This document shows positions 63,579 through 64,000 of a DNA stretch of 64,000 nucleotides, one piece after another. This DNA is from Minutocellus sp. GHC0000111. Taxonomy: Eukaryota. Location: positions 4,960,001 to 5,024,000 of the forward strand of contig OZ361256.1 of the NCBI GenBank assembly GCA_977018835.1. The letters run 5' to 3'. The position numbers were made by a program, and so were the translations under genes. The notes under the pieces are model-generated. The model saw only the letters and a list, made by a program, of their open reading frames with translations, had not been told where the DNA came from and ran no database searches. Within the stretch, counting starts at the first letter, position 1, and each line of letters starts with the position of its first letter.

Positions 63579-63710
63579 ATTCGATGGACAAGGCAGGTCA
63601 GCGGTGTCGGCAGATGATGCCCGAGACTCCTTCTCGTCGTCTGCCGTTTTGCTGAACAGGTCCGTTACTTGCTTGGAACGATTAGCACTGACACCACCAA
63701 GTACCAGGGA

Positions 63711-64000
63711 ATGAAGAGGACTCTCAGCGTCGCCAACAAGCAGCTTTCCAAGAAGGATGAAACCATTGCGTCCCTCGAAACTCAGGCTGCCACGAGTGCC
63801 GTTGGCGGCGGGGACGACAAGAAGCGCAAGCGCAAGCGCAAGGAGCGCAAGGACCCCCAAGTCACCAACGATTGTGAGAACAACAAGGGCGACTCCGCTT
63901 CCGCCAAGAAGAAGAAGGCCGATGCCAAGAAGAAGAAGGCCGATGCCAAGAAGAAGAAGGATGCCGCGGCCGCCGAAGAGGAGGAGGAGGCCGCCGCCGC
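63711..64000 (+). CDS. Partial Lys/Ala-rich protein running off the window end
   Basis: ATG 63711, open to the edge: MKRTLSVANKQLSKKDETIASLE..DDKKRKRKRKERK..(AKKKKAD)x3..EEEEE, including a 21-bp tandem repeat. Confidence 0.5.
   Translation, partial: MKRTLSVANKQLSKKDETIASLETQAATSAVGGGDDKKRKRKRKERKDPQVTNDCENNKGDSASAKKKKADAKKKKADAKKKKDAAAAEEEEEAAA

Noticed and set aside
1..64000. Prokaryotic operon, defence island or prophage
   Set aside because: Spliceosomal introns, eukaryote-specific genes and alternating strands throughout; no cluster of bacterial or phage genes.

Overview
Gene-dense eukaryotic nuclear DNA, most likely from a diatom or related photosynthetic stramenopile (inferred from short GT-AG introns, bipartite signal-peptide/ASAF-type plastid presequences and diatom-type protein families). 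It holds about 37 protein-coding loci. Recognisable ones are DDX51/DBP6, ERD2, VPS26, TruA, a PIH1-domain protein, a protein kinase, a DUF285/BspA-like protein, YEATS4/YAF9, TRAPPC1, an organelle-targeted TOP2, a hotdog thioesterase, nitronate monooxygenase, an EXECUTER-like DUF3506 protein, PIG-B, SF3B2, MYND+UBE3D-like, NAGPA-like and MutS2-like. There is also one intron-containing tRNA-Tyr(GTA). The most unusual structure is a 3.86-kb head-to-tail concatemer (52850-56707) of two long copies and one short copy, flanked by an 8-bp direct repeat and lying inside a divergent promoter. Other points of interest: a stand-alone SRP54/Ffh M-domain-like protein with a mitochondrial-type presequence, two HNH-type nuclease-like genes, a 170-bp inverted duplication of coding sequence, and recurrent palindrome-mosaic intergenic tracts. 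Five frameshifts in homopolymer runs and a deletion in SF3B2 probably reflect assembly errors. All family assignments come from recognising motifs by eye; no searches were run.
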